From Podospora anserina (taxonomy: Eukaryota), in the NCBI GenBank assembly GCA_017654855.1, contig CM030332.1:5084001-5148000 (forward strand): a DNA stretch of 64,000 bases. The letters run 5' to 3'. How positions within the stretch are numbered: the stretch's first letter is position 1; each line of letters opens with the position of its first letter. The notes under the pieces are model-generated. The model had not been told where the DNA came from and ran no database searches. It worked only from the letters and a program-made list of their open reading frames with translations. The position numbers and the translations under genes were made by a program. Positions 26,859-40,286 of the stretch are shown here, in pieces.

Positions 26859-28255
26859 TTATAGGCGAAACCCGCCGTCCCCTGTGTTCCTCACCCAGCC
26901 CTTCAAAGCTTCCCCTCTGACCTCCTCCTTGACCTTCCTCCTAGATTGCAACAACACACTTTCCTCTTTTACCTCATCATACGTCCCTCTTTTCAGCTCT
27001 TTGAGGAGCTCCCCTTCCGGGCCATGAAGACCCTCCGCCACCTCCACAGCCAAACGCCACATCTTCATGCGGGAGACCGCACTCGCACCCTTGATATCAA
27101 ATGCTTTCCGGCCCTGAAGTACTCCTCCTATTATCCCCTCTTCCACCTCCTTGTTGTAAGTCCAACAAACAGCCAGATTGGAGGGTGAGATCTTGTCACT
27201 TCTTGCCGTCACCGTCCGCTTGGAGTAGTCAAACTCATGTTGAGTTGTCTCAATTTTGAATGGTGACGTCTTGTAACCGTCAGCCCAGGTCGGGGGTTTG
27301 GTTGTAAGGCAGGACATCCTTCCCGGCGGGGAGGAGTCAAAGTCGAAGCCGTAACATCTTGTACAGCCCGTCTCTGAGTATTGCGACTCTGAGAGGACTA
27401 AGGAAGTCAAGTAGACGTTCTTGGGGGAGATGAGGAGGGAGGTGAGGGAGGATAGGAGTGAGGTGCATTGCTTGAGGGCGATTTTGTCGGAGCAGGATTT
27501 GGAGTTAGTGGGGGGTGCGTCCGGGCGGGAGGGTTTGCGGCGGACGATGCCTAGGTGGGAGAAGTAGCCTCTTCCGAGGAGTTGACCGTCTGGTTGTTCG
27601 GAAAAGAGGATTGGTGATGACCAGGGGGTTGAGTCGGGTTGGGAGGCCATAATTAGTTCCATGGAGCTATCGCCGCCTAGGTTTGGGTTGTTAGTTGAGA
27701 CGGTGAAGGGGACAGGGGGAACGGACACGGTGCTTCGGAGCAGTACATGTGGAGGGATACGTCTGGGCACCAAATGAATGGTGGGAGTGATGAAGAGGAG
27801 GTCCGGCAGAGGAAGTCTGATGTGAAGGTACTGTCTAGAGTGAGGCGTTTGCACTCATCGAGGATGAAGCGGTTGAACGCGCGGAGAGCGAGGACCTCAG
27901 CGTGCCAATCGTGAATGGCTACGCCGTTGGCTTGGGGGAGCTTGGAAGCTGGGAGGCATTTCATGCCGGTTCTGGGTCCGTGTTAGTGAGGCAAGGGTAC
28001 GATTCGGGGCCAAAGTAGAGAGCTTACGCCAGGGCTACACATTTCAGAAACGCTGGGCCTTGAGCAAAGACATGAGAATCAGATATCTGGTATAACCACA
28101 AAGAGATATGTGATGAAGCAACCTTTGGCAACGATGCCGCTCAGGGGCACCCATTCATGAAGGCCATTGCCACGGACAGTTGGCTTCCTCTTGGCTGGGA
28201 GCTTTTTGAACTCTGAGAGAACAACATTAGCCACTTCGTCTGCTGTTACTGCCAT
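26859..28255 (-). CDS. TAD1: tRNA-specific adenosine deaminase 1 (ADAT1/Tad1)
   Basis: EWVPLSGIVA, TGMKCLP, HDWHAEVLALRAFN, MYCSEAPCGD, RRKPSR, KSCSDK deaminase motifs across 4 exons. Confidence 0.9.
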
Positions 28256-28757
28256 CTCCTTTTCTCGGATTTATCAGCTTATGGGAAATTTCACGGGTCA
28301 TGATGACAGTGGTAAGAATCCAGGATGATAGTTGTGTTGTGAGGTGAATTCCAAACGGGGTTAGGGTTGAAATGTACACTTTGAGAAGCAGGCCATCACA
28401 AGACAGGCACCGAGCGCTTGAATGTGAAATAATCATTCCTAGCAGAGGCTGACATACATGAAGATCCTAGCGAGAGCCTTTCAACATCCCTCCACGCGTA
28501 ACCAGTTGGTCCTTCAGCTTGCTGTCGTGCTTTCACATCTCCAAGTTGGAGCCCCACTGCAGGCCAAGACACACAAAGAGAACCGGTCGTCACCCGCCAA
28601 GATTCAAAAGGCGGGTCTTGCTGGTCTGTGCGCTCAACCTATCACAGTGCAGCCCTACCCGCACAACCTGCAACGGAATTGGCAAAATCGACCTGGGAAT
28701 TTGAACCTCAGAGGAAGCAACCCCGACAACGACAATCTTCGACAACCAGCCGCCAAA

Positions 28758-29632
28758 ATGCGCACCTACGAGGATACCTTCTCCGGCGCCCGGATCTACC
28801 CTGGCAAGGTACGAAATGATTGATTCCCGCGATTTCGAACGATGGCGACTTTCCCCCAGACTCCTCCGACTCGACATGGCATGATAATTGGCAAGCTGGG
28901 TACAGAGCAGACGCCATGACGCGACCGACGACACGAGGAGTTTGGGGGGGAGATAATCGTCGATTTTCCGTTTGAATGAGGTGGAAATACTTGGAATATG
29001 AAGCACAAAGGCTAACGCTGGCTCTTTCTCTGCAACAGGGCAAGCTGTACGTCCGTGGCGACAGTAAGATCTTCCGTTTCCAAAACGGCAAATCCGAGTC
29101 CCTTTTCCTCCAGCGCAAGAACCCTCGCCGCATCGCCTGGACTGTCCTCTACCGCAGACAACACAAGAAGGGTATCTCTGAGGTACGACCCCTCCATTCC
29201 CTCTCCAAGCTTCGGCTCTCCACAAGCACACACCGATCGATCCACCTACGCTGGGATAGCTCGCGGGGATTCTATATGAATACAGGACGATGAGGACATG
29301 TAGATGGAGGATGGCTATCGAGCAAGACAACGGCATGCTGACACCCATTACAGGAGGTTGCCAAGAAGCGTACTCGCCGCACCGTCAAGTCCCAGCGTGC
29401 CATCGTTGGTGCTACCCTCGATGTGATCAAGGAGCGCCGCGCCATGCGCCCCGAGGCCCGCTCTGCTGCTCGCGCTCAGGCCATTAAGGAGGCCAAGGAG
29501 AAGAAGGCTGCTTCCGCCGCCGCTAAGAAGTCTGAGAAGGCCAAGGCTGCTGCCAACGCCTCCAAGGGCCGTATCGTCGGCAAGCAGGGTGCTAAGGGTG
29601 CGCAGTCCAAGCCTGCCATCCACAGCCGTTAA
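28758..29632 (+). CDS. RPL24: 60S ribosomal protein eL24
   Basis: [85 protein letters not shown]; introns 28809-29038 and 29183-29353. Confidence 0.97.
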
Positions 29633-30478
29633 GGGGTTACATCTCTGGGTTGGTTGCATTTAGGTCTGGGGTGAAGATGATATTCTATCTTGGGCAAACA
29701 CAACAAGGGAGAATAGACGAATGGTATCTTCACAACCATCGCACAAAACGGTCTTGCCTGTGACCGGAGGGAAACGCGGAGTCGGTCGGTCGGTACTCGG
29801 TTTTTTCATTATGCCTGCTCTCTCAAACCTCTCCACAGGGAGGGTTCTTTACTCTTTTTTTGATGAATGGACAAGTCATAAGAAAAGCTTGTTCCTTTCT
29901 GAAAAAGCCACGGGGCCGGTTGTATGATTGGGTTCCTACGTAACGGGTATGAAGACGATTTGCATGGGTAGCTCACAGAATGCCGACTTATGCATTGGTC
30001 TGACATGGGCCGCTTCGCGGGATATTTGAAGTGGTTTTCTGTGTGTCGTGTTTTTGTTTCTCTTGTGAATACCACGGGCAGTGGTTTCCCCAGTCCCCCA
30101 GCCATGTATAAATTCCCAAACTAAAGGCTTGTTACGACGAGGCACCAGATGACTCTTGGAGCATGTCGCTCAACGTTGAGCATACTTGCCGTCATGAATC
30201 TTTTATAATGTCGAGTAACTGGGTACCATCACAGGTAGATCCATAAAGACCATGAGACTATGGGCCCGCAAAGCTTAGGTTGAGCCACACCGGATGGGCA
30301 ATGATTGTTTTAGGGACTCTCTCATTCACGAAGGGTCATAAACTTCAGCCTGGAACATCGAAAGGGGTCTCAACATTTGAATGTGGGAATCCTTCTAAAT
30401 CTATAGTTTCAAACCCCGCGGTGTTGTTCATAAAACCGACCATGTCCCCTTTTTCCATAATTGGGCTGGACAGCCACT

Positions 30479-31035
30479 TTAAAGCTTAGCAAGAACACCC
30501 TCGGCGCCAGTGTTCTCGATGCTGCCTCTAACAGAATCGACCTCGGCGTAGGTGACCTTGCCGTGGTCAACAACGATGGCGTATCTCAGCGTGCGATCAC
30601 CCTGAGTCCAGCCGATGCTCTTGGAGAATTCCAGACCGGCGTCGGACATGAATAGCTATTTTCACCTGGTTAGCACACCCTTTCTCTCATGTCACGAGGA
30701 GGAAGACATACAATAGAATCATCCTTGACACCGTTCGCCTTGCCCCAAGCGGCCATGACCCAGTGGTCGTTGGAGGCGATGAAGATGACCTGGTCGACGC
30801 CCTTGGCCTTGAGGTCGTCCAGCTTGGCGAGGTAGGAGGTCACGTGGGAGACCTGGCAGGTTGGAGTGAAGGCGCCGGGGACGGCGACGAGGACTACTTT
30901 CTTGGAGGCGAATTCTTTGCTGGCGTCGTATTGGATGCCGATGCCGCAGGCGGTGACGTTGAGGTCGCCGGTGGGGGGGACGTAGGTGAAGGTTACGTTG
31001 GGGGGGAAGGAGTCGCCTGCTTTGAGACCGGACAT
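30479..31035 (-). CDS. AHP1: Ahp1/Prx5-type peroxiredoxin with C-terminal PTS1 (AKL)
   Basis: MSGLKAGDSFP...ACG...VPGAFTPTC...ASNDHWVMAAWG...|LFMSD...RYAIVVDHGKVTY...GVLAKL*. Confidence 0.92.
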
Positions 31036-31902
31036 TTTGATGGTTGAAAGGGGGTTGTGTTGTGGGGAGAAAACTTGATTTGGGATGGGATAGGTGAGTG
31101 GTGGTGGTTGATGTTGGGATGTTCGGGATGGTAAATAAATAGGGGAGGTGGTGGTCAACGGGGGAGATGGTGGGGGTGAGTGAATATCAAATTGGAGGGG
31201 TAGGAACGAGGTATTGGTATGGTGGGTACGGGAGTTGCAAGTTACTACTCTGTTTCTGCTACGTTCTAGAAGATGAGGATACAAATCTTCAGACGGGAGA
31301 GAGAGAGATACAGTTAAGGTTACACAAAACTTTTATATATGAGCCATGGTTTGAAATTATATCTCGCTGCTATAGCGGGAGACGGAAGTTTGCATTATTA
31401 TTGACTGAGCTCGCCGGTGTCCGCTTGCCTTCGGCATGCACCCCTCCCTGCCCCGCGCAGCTGTCACACACGTTAAGTCCGGCCTGTGTGGTAGAGAAAT
31501 CGCGGGAAATATTGCGCAATCGGTGTGGAAGATGAGCACGAGTTTCAGGTGAGTGAAGACTGACACTTCCATACTCTTTGTTTGAAATGTTACTCTTCAA
31601 CTCAATTTCTTGAAGGGGATATGTTGGAAAACATCAGATGAACTCCGGGTGCTCCCATACCTCTTCGGGGCGGAATCGGAGAGTTTTGATATTGAAACCA
31701 CGTAACCCCACCGGATCTGCCGGCGAGCTTTCTATTGTGCTAACAACCATTTCAACCATACCAAGTCGCCAAATCCCACAGCCGAAGTGATAGTACGGTA
31801 TTTCATGTAATATTCTACGGTTCACAATCTACAAATATCAGTCGGTCTCGCGCAGATAGACTTTGCGGCGGGGGGCGGGGGGCGGGGCATGCGGGGTGGT
31901 GG

Positions 31903-31910
31903 TGACGTCA
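31903..31910. promoter_or_regulatory. Perfect CRE palindrome TGACGTCA (possible Atf1-type bZIP site) upstream of the peroxiredoxin
   Basis: Exact motif present, adjacent to a G-run tract; function inferred only. Confidence 0.3.
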
Positions 31911-34667
31911 ATCGCCAATTGCCGTTCTCGGCCCCGGCTCCGGCCCGGATGCTGGTCGGCGGACCACAGACAGATTGGAGTCCCTTTCCACTGAATCGAG
32001 CCGGAAGTTTGTATCCTTGATTCGGCCACCTTTACATCTGTTGGCCTATAGAACATATACACTACCCATGACCTTCCGGCCTTGCGTCTTGCGTAGCCAT
32101 GTCTGTTATATCATCCGTTGCCATCAAGATGGTACCTGAAGCGCAATATCACCACAGACTCTTACAAATATATATGGTAGCTTGGCAATCTTGCCTGAAT
32201 AGCTAGGTAGACTGCCCTTCTATTTCCCAGGTAAGTTGATCGGGTAAGACAATGAGCTGATATCCAAAAGGCTCCTCAGAGCAAACAGAAAGCGAGGAAG
32301 CGAGAGAGACCGGGCCAGTAGACTCTGGAAAGTTCTGAATCCTGGCAGTCCAAAAACCAGACCTCGACCAGCCGAAAGATCGCCAAAGTGAGCTTTTTGT
32401 AAGCATATGATAGATTACCTAGGCTAGAATCAAAAGAGCGAGCCAAGCTGTCATATGTGGCCGTTGCGTCTAGTCCGCCACTGAAGCTGCAAGACAGAGC
32501 TGTCAAGGAATGCCCTCTAACCACGTACAGTTAGAGAAGAGGTTCGGAAGTCAAGTAAGGGTAATTATTGCGTTTGCCCAGAACAATCAACGTCCAACTG
32601 CATTATGCTAGTTGCTATTCATCGGTTAGGACGAAGCTGTTACTTTGGGTTCAGTGACTATGTGAGACCACAGAAGGCAAACGGAAGAGGGACAATAGCA
32701 TTATGCTTGAACGTAGAAAGGTCTGTTTTCGAGGGATATCCTGAGGCCTCTGCAGACTTTATCGAGGCCTCAATCGGATGGCTGGACCTAATTTTCCAAG
32801 GGTCCTGTTACAAAAGCAACGGCAATAGGTGAGGGGCAAGCTGCCGCCCACTTCGCAAAAGGTCCAGTTAGCCGAAAAAAAGCAAGTGTTGGATACAAAA
32901 ATGACAGACTTTGCTGCGGCCGAGAGAGGGTCTCGATGTTCGATACAATTGCTGCTCAGACATTCCAGTCCTGCAGCCACTATCACCCACCTGCTTCCTC
33001 TGGAAAGTAGGTGGTTGAAGCTGCGAGGGACGGGTCGACATCCGTACCAAAGCTTTGGTCTGGAGATCTTCGTCAGGTCAATTTGCGCTGACGGATGCCG
33101 GCGGTGCTAATGAGATGGGGACGAACAAGCGGGGTGGTTTCTCATCCGTAATCTCCCCAAGGCACGCAAATTCAAAATACGGTTCAAAACTTGGTGGGAA
33201 TTTTTGGAGGTCGGCGATCAACTTCAGCCACAACTGGCAGCTCAGATCTCGAGACAGGAGGATGGATCTTGCTGGCCGTTTGATCTCTAACTCTGATTGG
33301 ATCAAAACCCCACGACAAGACTTTGTGGAGCCGAACAGATTCATGATTTTCGACAGGGATGGCTCAGGCCCGAGCTTACGCTGAGAGCTTCCCCCCTGTC
33401 CAGAGACTGGGCAATCACTTCCCGAGTGGGACTGTGAAGAGTCAACTTCGACGCTTCTCGAGTGTCTCTGCAACTGAGATTTTTCTCTGCTGCATGACAT
33501 TGGACCAACCAGAGTCAAAAATGCGATGCAATCACTGCATGAGAACGGGACGAGGCACGAGACAAGCGTCCTGTCAAGTCGGAACGAAACCACGATTTTC
33601 CTCTCCATCACAAGACTTCCTTGTTTGCATCATCTGCCAGCATCGCGAAGACCATCGGCCGTCATTTTCTCAGTGTTGAACCAATACTCTTGGCATCTAA
33701 TCTTTCCAGCCTCGGGTTCGTATGTAAGAACCCAGCAAGGGCCAGCACGACTCCATACAAGTTGGCCATCCTCAACTTACACTAGGGACTGAGAAATTCT
33801 CACTCAAGAGAGAGCACTTGAGACACATTCAAGTCGAGACCAAAGTCGGCTCAGCCGTGTTCAATACAAGCCTCCTCTATTGTCTGAGATATCAGCCGGG
33901 ACTCGGCAGAGACGACCGGAGGCCCAGACAAGGCCCTCGATATGATTCTCAGGTTCCAATCGGGCGGGTTTCCAGGACGGAAACTGATCTTGACGTTGGT
34001 GTTTCATCCAATCACGACAGGAGTCTGTGTGTTGATCACATCCGATTCGGGACATCCCAGGTCGAGGCCCGCCAAATTGCTTTTTTCATCCTATCTCGCA
34101 ACCTCTCCGGCCGCTGTCCATGATATCTTGTCCCTGGTGGCGTTTCCCTCCATCTAACCTCCGAGTCTCCCTCGATTCACCTCGAGCTAGCATTATGAAG
34201 ACCAATGGGCATCCAGAGTCGATACGGGAAGCCCCGCGGTGAATTGGAAACACTTGCAGCTGTCCTTGTGAAAGCCACTTAGCAATGCCCACCAACCAAG
34301 ACGGAAGCAAGAAGTATCATCCCCTGCTTTTGCAGCATGTTGAGAGGGGGTTAGAATGACGGAGTTGAGTGAATTAGAGTATATGAGCAGCCCCCCCTCC
34401 GCACTCAAACCCTCTTACTCTGTAACCAGCGCTCTATCAGCAGGTCACTGGAGCACCTTTCCACCCCTTGTCTTGCCCCTTCCCAGTTGACGTTATTGTC
34501 CACAACTGACTCAGTCCTTTGAAGCTCACATTGACCTTGTTGATCTGCCCCAAGGTCGAAGGTGCCAAGGCCTACCCAACTTGTTGAAGACGCTCATTCT
34601 TTCTCCTCCCTGTCTACTTCACCATTTGTTCCAGGCTCACACGCCTTGGTTGCTACATTCGTTCAAC

Positions 34668-36196
34668 ATGGCAATCCTAAACCTGTTACCCTTGAACTAT
34701 CGGCGGCCAGCCTTGGTCGAAAGACCAGCAACAAGCGCCAGTCAAGCTTCGACACAGCAGTCTGAAGATGGATCTGTCAATCAAGGTGACACATCCTTGA
34801 AGTCGATCAGGTCGGGCAGCTCAGGAGGTATCCCGCCGCCTCTCAGCTTTGATCGTATCATCGAAGGGGGCACCTGCCCTGTAAGATTCTTCAATTCCGC
34901 CCCTTCAGACATCTGCTAACATGAAGTCCTCAGCCTTGTACCGTTCGTGACTTCATGAACTATCTCATCTACGTCGAGCGCTCTGCCGAAAATCTCCAAT
35001 TTTTCCTATGGTACCGCGACTTTGAGAAGCGCTTCAACGAAGCTCAAACAGCGGACCTCGCCCTCGCACCAGAATGGACCCTGGCGATGGAGGAAGAAGC
35101 CATTGCCCGTATCAAGAAGGAACAGGCCGAGAAGGCCCGCGTCAAGCCCTCCAAGTCTGTCAGCCCAGCCGTGGCTGAAATCTTCAAGGGCACCGACTTT
35201 GAGAAGCCCATCCGGAAGCCCTCCGTGGCCACCACCATTGCCACGACCCCCATAAGCCCCCTGGCAGCAAGCAACGGTGGGGATCCGTTTGGTACCCCCC
35301 CTCGCACCCCCTCAGACCGTGGTCATCACTACCCTAATTCAACCACAGCAACAACCTACAACACTGCCGCCAACGAAGCCTTTGCGCTGGCTGGGCTCAA
35401 GGCCCCATTCACGGTTCAGCCGTTCAGGGTCGAGTTGGACAGGATCATCGCGACGTATATCATGTCCGGCAGCCCAAGGCAACTCAACCTTTCTGACCGG
35501 GAGCAAAAGGCTGTGCTGCAAGCTCTTTGCTTCACCACTCATCCCTCTGCGCTGAGGGTGGTGGTCAGGAGCGTAGAGTCCACTCTTCGTCAGCAAGCCC
35601 ACCCCAACTTCATCCGCTGGTCGATTTGCAATGGTAACCCTGTCAGAGTAACATTCGCCCGCTGCCTTGGAGTAGGCACTATCGCTCTGAGCACCATCGC
35701 CGCCATCATCCTCACTTTGTCATCTGCCCCTAGAGGCTTCAGGGCGCTGCCAGCAATAGGGTGGGTGATTGGCGTTGCAACACTCGTAGCAGCATACAAG
35801 GGAATGTGCGTGGTCTTGCATGGCCTCCATCACAGACACGTGAGGCCATGGGAGCTGTTTGTTGTTGACGAGGAGGACCATCAGCAGAACGAGAAGGAAC
35901 AGGATGTGAGGAGTGAAAAGAGTCTGGAGACTGGGAGCAACAGTTTTGAGAATGAGCCGTGGGTGGTCAAGTATGAGAAAAGGAATTTGATCAGGAAGAT
36001 TTTTGATAGGGAGGTTTGGTGAGTACTACTACTAAGGGGTGGGTAGGGACCAGACTAACATGCGTACAGGATTCAGGAACCGGCGCTCAGACAGATCCAG
36101 GACACCATTTTTGTGCAGAGCTTGCTGTTTGCGTTTATTTGCGCGGGGGGGTTGACGGCGATTTTTGTGCCGCTTCCGGGTGGGAATCTGTTTTGA
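34668..36196 (+). CDS. RGS-domain protein with C-terminal transmembrane helices (Rax1-like architecture)
   Basis: FMNYLIYVERSAENLQFFLWY and RIIATYIMSGSPRQLNLS RGS motifs; three hydrophobic segments; introns ~34881-34933 and ~36019-36069. Confidence 0.82.
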
Positions 36197-37132
36197 ATAC
36201 GATGATGTGCAGTCGTATAAGCAAGGGGATTGGGGTATGTCCGGGGAAAACACGGAGTATGTATGACTTGTAACACTATCAACTCGGACCTCGAAAAAGC
36301 ACAAGCGGTCTGGGAAAGCTGGGGAATCTGGGGGTTTTGCTTTATATGGTATCGGGGATATGGGTCCCAGGTTCAAAAATGACGTGACGTGACGACGGGT
36401 ATGATTGTGTCTGTAGCTAGCATAAGGCCGGTTTCGAACTTTGGTCTTGGTTTGGGAAATTCAACAACAGTGAGCAAAACAAGACGCAAAGTCCCAACTC
36501 AACCGAGAGCTCGGAGACGGAGCCATTCTTAGCCCCAACGGCGACCTCGATGAATTTGGAGTTGAGGACAGAGCGGTGCTGCGGTGCTGCGGTGCTGTCA
36601 GACGAATGCTGCAGACGACCGAGGCTCCCGACGGCCGAACAATGCCTCGGGGCTGGCTCGTACAGCTGGAAATGTTGTGGCGCGAACCGAGTCGTTTGTC
36701 AGACGATAGCACCAGACTTTCTTTCTCAATGGGAGAATGGATGGAGGGGTTGGCTTGGCGGCGTTAAAACAGTGGTCAGAACTCGGCATTTCTCTCCTTT
36801 GGGGGCGTGACCTCGGGCGAATGGGCAGGCAATGCGGGCGCAGAAGGGAGGGGCGCGCCTTATCGATAACCCGACTTTCTGGCTTTTGAGCCGTGGGACC
36901 GGACCACTGCGGGCGCTGCAGGCTCAAAACTCGCCAGGATGAGCGTGCGGGATGAGTTCTACGAAGTAATTCTGAGCATTCCGGAAAATAAAAAGGTTGA
37001 GCGCTCTACAGCGCGAATAAAAACTCCGCTTCCGATGGCCCCTTTCATTGACACGTTGATGCCTCCCTGAACTCACCTTCCCATCGCTGTTTCAATTCCC
37101 CTGATGGGAGAGCACCCCCCGACCACCGAACC

Positions 37133-38841
37133 ATGCCGAACGATATCTACCAGGCCGATGCCCCGCTGCCTTCCGGAGACGTGAAGGCGGCCGTGGGCGA
37201 AGAGGCCCGGGAGCACGGAGCACACGCCCCGACCGATGGCAACATCCTCTCATCGCTTGTCATCCCGAACGAAGTTCCTCCTGTCCACGGCCGTCGCGAA
37301 AGGTCCGGCACCGTCTGCATTGCCGAAATCGACGAGACGCTGAGCCATCCTGGCTCGGTGCGCATCAACGTCAAGGGCGCATTCATCGTCGACCAGGACA
37401 GCAGCACCCCGACGCACTCCGATGACGGCCGGAGCGGATCCCCCGGCCGGTCGCCAGTCCGGCACGAGACCCAGGATATCCGGCTGCCGAACCACACTGC
37501 CGTTGTGAGCCATATCGCCATTGATGTAGGCTCTGCGACCCCTGAAATTCACAATGATGTCATCTTGCTGATTGGTCGTTCCAGATTGGTGGTTCCCTTG
37601 CCAAGCTTGTCTACTTCTCCCGAGAGGCTCACTCGACCGAACCGGGCGGACGGCTCAACTTCCAGAGTTTTGAGACGGATCATATAGATGATTGCCTCGA
37701 GTTTATGCGCAAGCTGAAGCGCAGGTACCAGCGGGCCAACGGGGCCAACAGCCCACCGGCGTCTGAACTCTGTGTCATGGCGACAGGAGGCGGCGCCTAC
37801 AAGTTCTACGACAAGATCCGAGAGGTACTCGGCGTCGATGTCTTGAGGGAAGATGAAATGGAATGCCTGATCATTGGCCTTGATTTCTTCATCAACGAGA
37901 TCCCACGTGAGGTCTTCACCTACTCGGAAGAACATCCCATGCAGTTCGTGGAGCCAGGAGACAATGTATACCCATACCTCCTTGTCAACATTGGTTCTGG
38001 CGTATCATTCCTCAAAGTTTCCGGACCCCGGGAATATGAGCGTGTTGGCGGTACTTCACTAGGAGGTGGCACTCTATGGGGTCTCCTGAGTCTCCTTACC
38101 GGTGCGCGCACATTCGACGAGATGCTGGACCTTGCCTCTGAAGGTGACAACAGCAACGTGGACATGCTCGTCGGCGACATCTACGGCACCGACTACGGCA
38201 AGATTGGCCTGAAGAGCACCACCATTGCCAGCTCGTTTGGTAAAGTCTTCCGCAAGAAGCGGCAAGCCGAGACCGAAGCCGAAGACAGCGGCGGCCTTGC
38301 TCACAAGGATCAACTCCACCATCGCCAACAACAACCCCGTACCCACAATGGCGTGCACACCCCACCACTTCTAGACGAAGACGTGGAACAGCCCGAGCCG
38401 CAACTATCAGACTTCATGTCCAAAGACCCCAGCCGCCCCTTTTCGTCAGCCGACATCTCCAGGTCACTGCTGTACGCTATCAGCAACAACATTGGCCAGA
38501 TCGCCTACCTCCAAAGCCAGATCCACGGGCTGTCTCACATTTACTTTGGCGGCTCATTCATCCGCGGCCACCCCCAAACGATGAACACCCTCAGCTACGC
38601 CATCAAGTTCTGGAGCAAGGGGGCCAAGCAGGCCTACTTCTTGCGCCATGAGGGCTACCTCGGTGCTGTGGGTGCGTTCCTCAAGAGACAGCCCCGGAAC
38701 TGGGGTAGAAGGGGGTCGTTTGAGGAGGCCGCGCTGGAGCTCAGAATGCGGGCGCGGACGAGAAGTGCGGATTCTATCCCCGAGGAGGTAATATCCTCTG
38801 TGGATGACAAGCTCAGTGGAGGCGAGGAAGTTGCTGCTTGA
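37133..38841 (+). CDS. CAB1: Type II pantothenate kinase
   Basis: HIAID|IGGSLAKLVY, ATGGGAYKF, EDEMECLIIG, YPYLLVNIGSGVS, GGTSLGGGT, DMLVGDIYG, LRHEGYLGAVGAF. Confidence 0.95.
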
Positions 38842-39104
38842 TGATGGAAAGTCTTTTTCTGGTGTTGTTCTTGTTGTGTGCGGAGCATAAAGCATTTTGA
38901 CAAGCTGGGCGTTTTGGGGGTTTGGCTGTTTGACGAGCGTATACTTGTTGTACTACTGCTTTTTGTAATGGTGTTTCTTCTTTGGGACGGCGGCAACGGC
39001 GGCGCAGACCTGATTCTTTTTCTTCCTCTCCTTCTCCTTCTTCTTGCTGAGGCCACAGGCGATACCTGCCTAGAAGGGGGTTGTTCTTGGATGTAAGATT
39101 CTTG

Positions 39105-39106
<2 letters not shown>

Positions 39107-39143
<37 letters not shown>
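39107..39143. repeat. Poly(T) homopolymer, 37 nt
   Basis: Counted directly; lies between the convergent pantothenate kinase and MPC2 genes. Confidence 0.9.
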
Positions 39144-39144
<1 letters not shown>

Positions 39145-39639
39145 GGGGTTGTGAAGAGTGGCAACCTGTTTTTAGAGAGATACCTTATTCGTGTAGTAGC
39201 TTCGTTGTTTATCACCTTTTTGGATGTTGATACCAAGAAGAAACAGAAGGCATATTCACATTTTTTTCACCATGCATCTTCTTTGAGTGATGTTGTGTCG
39301 CCAAATCAATCAAAGTCATCCATCAAAAAAGTCAAATGTAAATTGCAAGTTCAGTATAAACTCCATTCCCCCTACCGTGCTTCCCTTTTCTGCTTTTCCC
39401 TCCGTTCTTTCTTGCCCACCACCGACCAACCAACCACACACCACCATCTTCCACGTTTTATGGGTAATTGTACAGATACAATTTCCTCACATCTTCCCCC
39501 CACGCCGAAAAATGAATAAAAAGACCATCGTTTGTTACACACACACACTTGCTATTAGTGCACGCGTTTTCACACTGCCCCCCAAACAACCAAAAGCTTC
39601 TCCATGTCCCTCTCCTGCAGCACGCCTCGTTCTTTCCCT

Positions 39640-40286
39640 CTATGAAGACTTGTGCTTAATAGCCTCCTTGGCCTCCTTGACCGCCTCCTTGGCCTCGCCG
39701 ACCTCCTCCGCGAGCTTCTTCTGGGCCTGGTGGTGGAGGAAGATGCGGCTGCACTGGATCACGCCGACGCATCCGAGGAAAAAGTTGACTGCGGCGAGGC
39801 TGAATATGGGTGCATGTTAGCGTATGTTTTGCGGGTATAGGGAAAGGGAGGGGGGTGGGGGGGGGAGGAAAGCTTACAGGTAGTTCTTGGGCTTGATGAT
39901 CAAGCACCATCTCGTCCAGATGATGCCGGTGGTCGTGAGGGCGGCGTTTTGGGTCAGGGAGAGGGACTCGGCGGGGCGAGCAAAGTCTGAGATGCCGACG
40001 AGGACGAGGCCCCATTTCATCATTGGTGCCCTGGCGGGGAGAGAGGATGTGTTAATGACTGATTTGGATCGCGGGGGGGGGGATGTTGATTTCGGGGGCA
40101 AACATACCAAAAGTGCACAGTCTTGGGACCCTTCTCGCTCTTCCAGAACTGCTGCATCCATGACTCTGGCGCGGCATTGGCCGTGGACTCGGTGGACTGG
40201 AAGCGGCGGGTGGTCTTGGAGGCGTTTTGCTGGAAGAAGGTGCGGGCGCGGAAGGCCGGGCGGGAGGCGCGGAAGAGGGTGGACAT
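39640..40286 (-). CDS. MPC2: Mitochondrial pyruvate carrier subunit (MPC2/MPC3 type)
   Basis: Arg-rich presequence; GPKTVHFW|APMMKWGLV...DFARPAESLSLTQNAALTTTGIIWTRWCLIIKPKNYL|LAAVNFF. Confidence 0.92.

Noticed and set aside
28357-28368. Telomere-like GGGGTTAGGGTT in the TAD1/RPL24 divergent promoter
   Set aside because: Under two repeat units; cannot be distinguished from chance
31036-31284. 83-codon in-frame extension upstream of the peroxiredoxin ATG (dual targeting?)
   Set aside because: Starts at TTG, is Pro/Thr-rich as expected for a C-rich UTR, and does not resemble a presequence
32000-34500. Numerous 60-180 aa ORFs in the long intergenic region
   Set aside because: Overlapping on both strands, no motifs or coding-like composition; likely spurious
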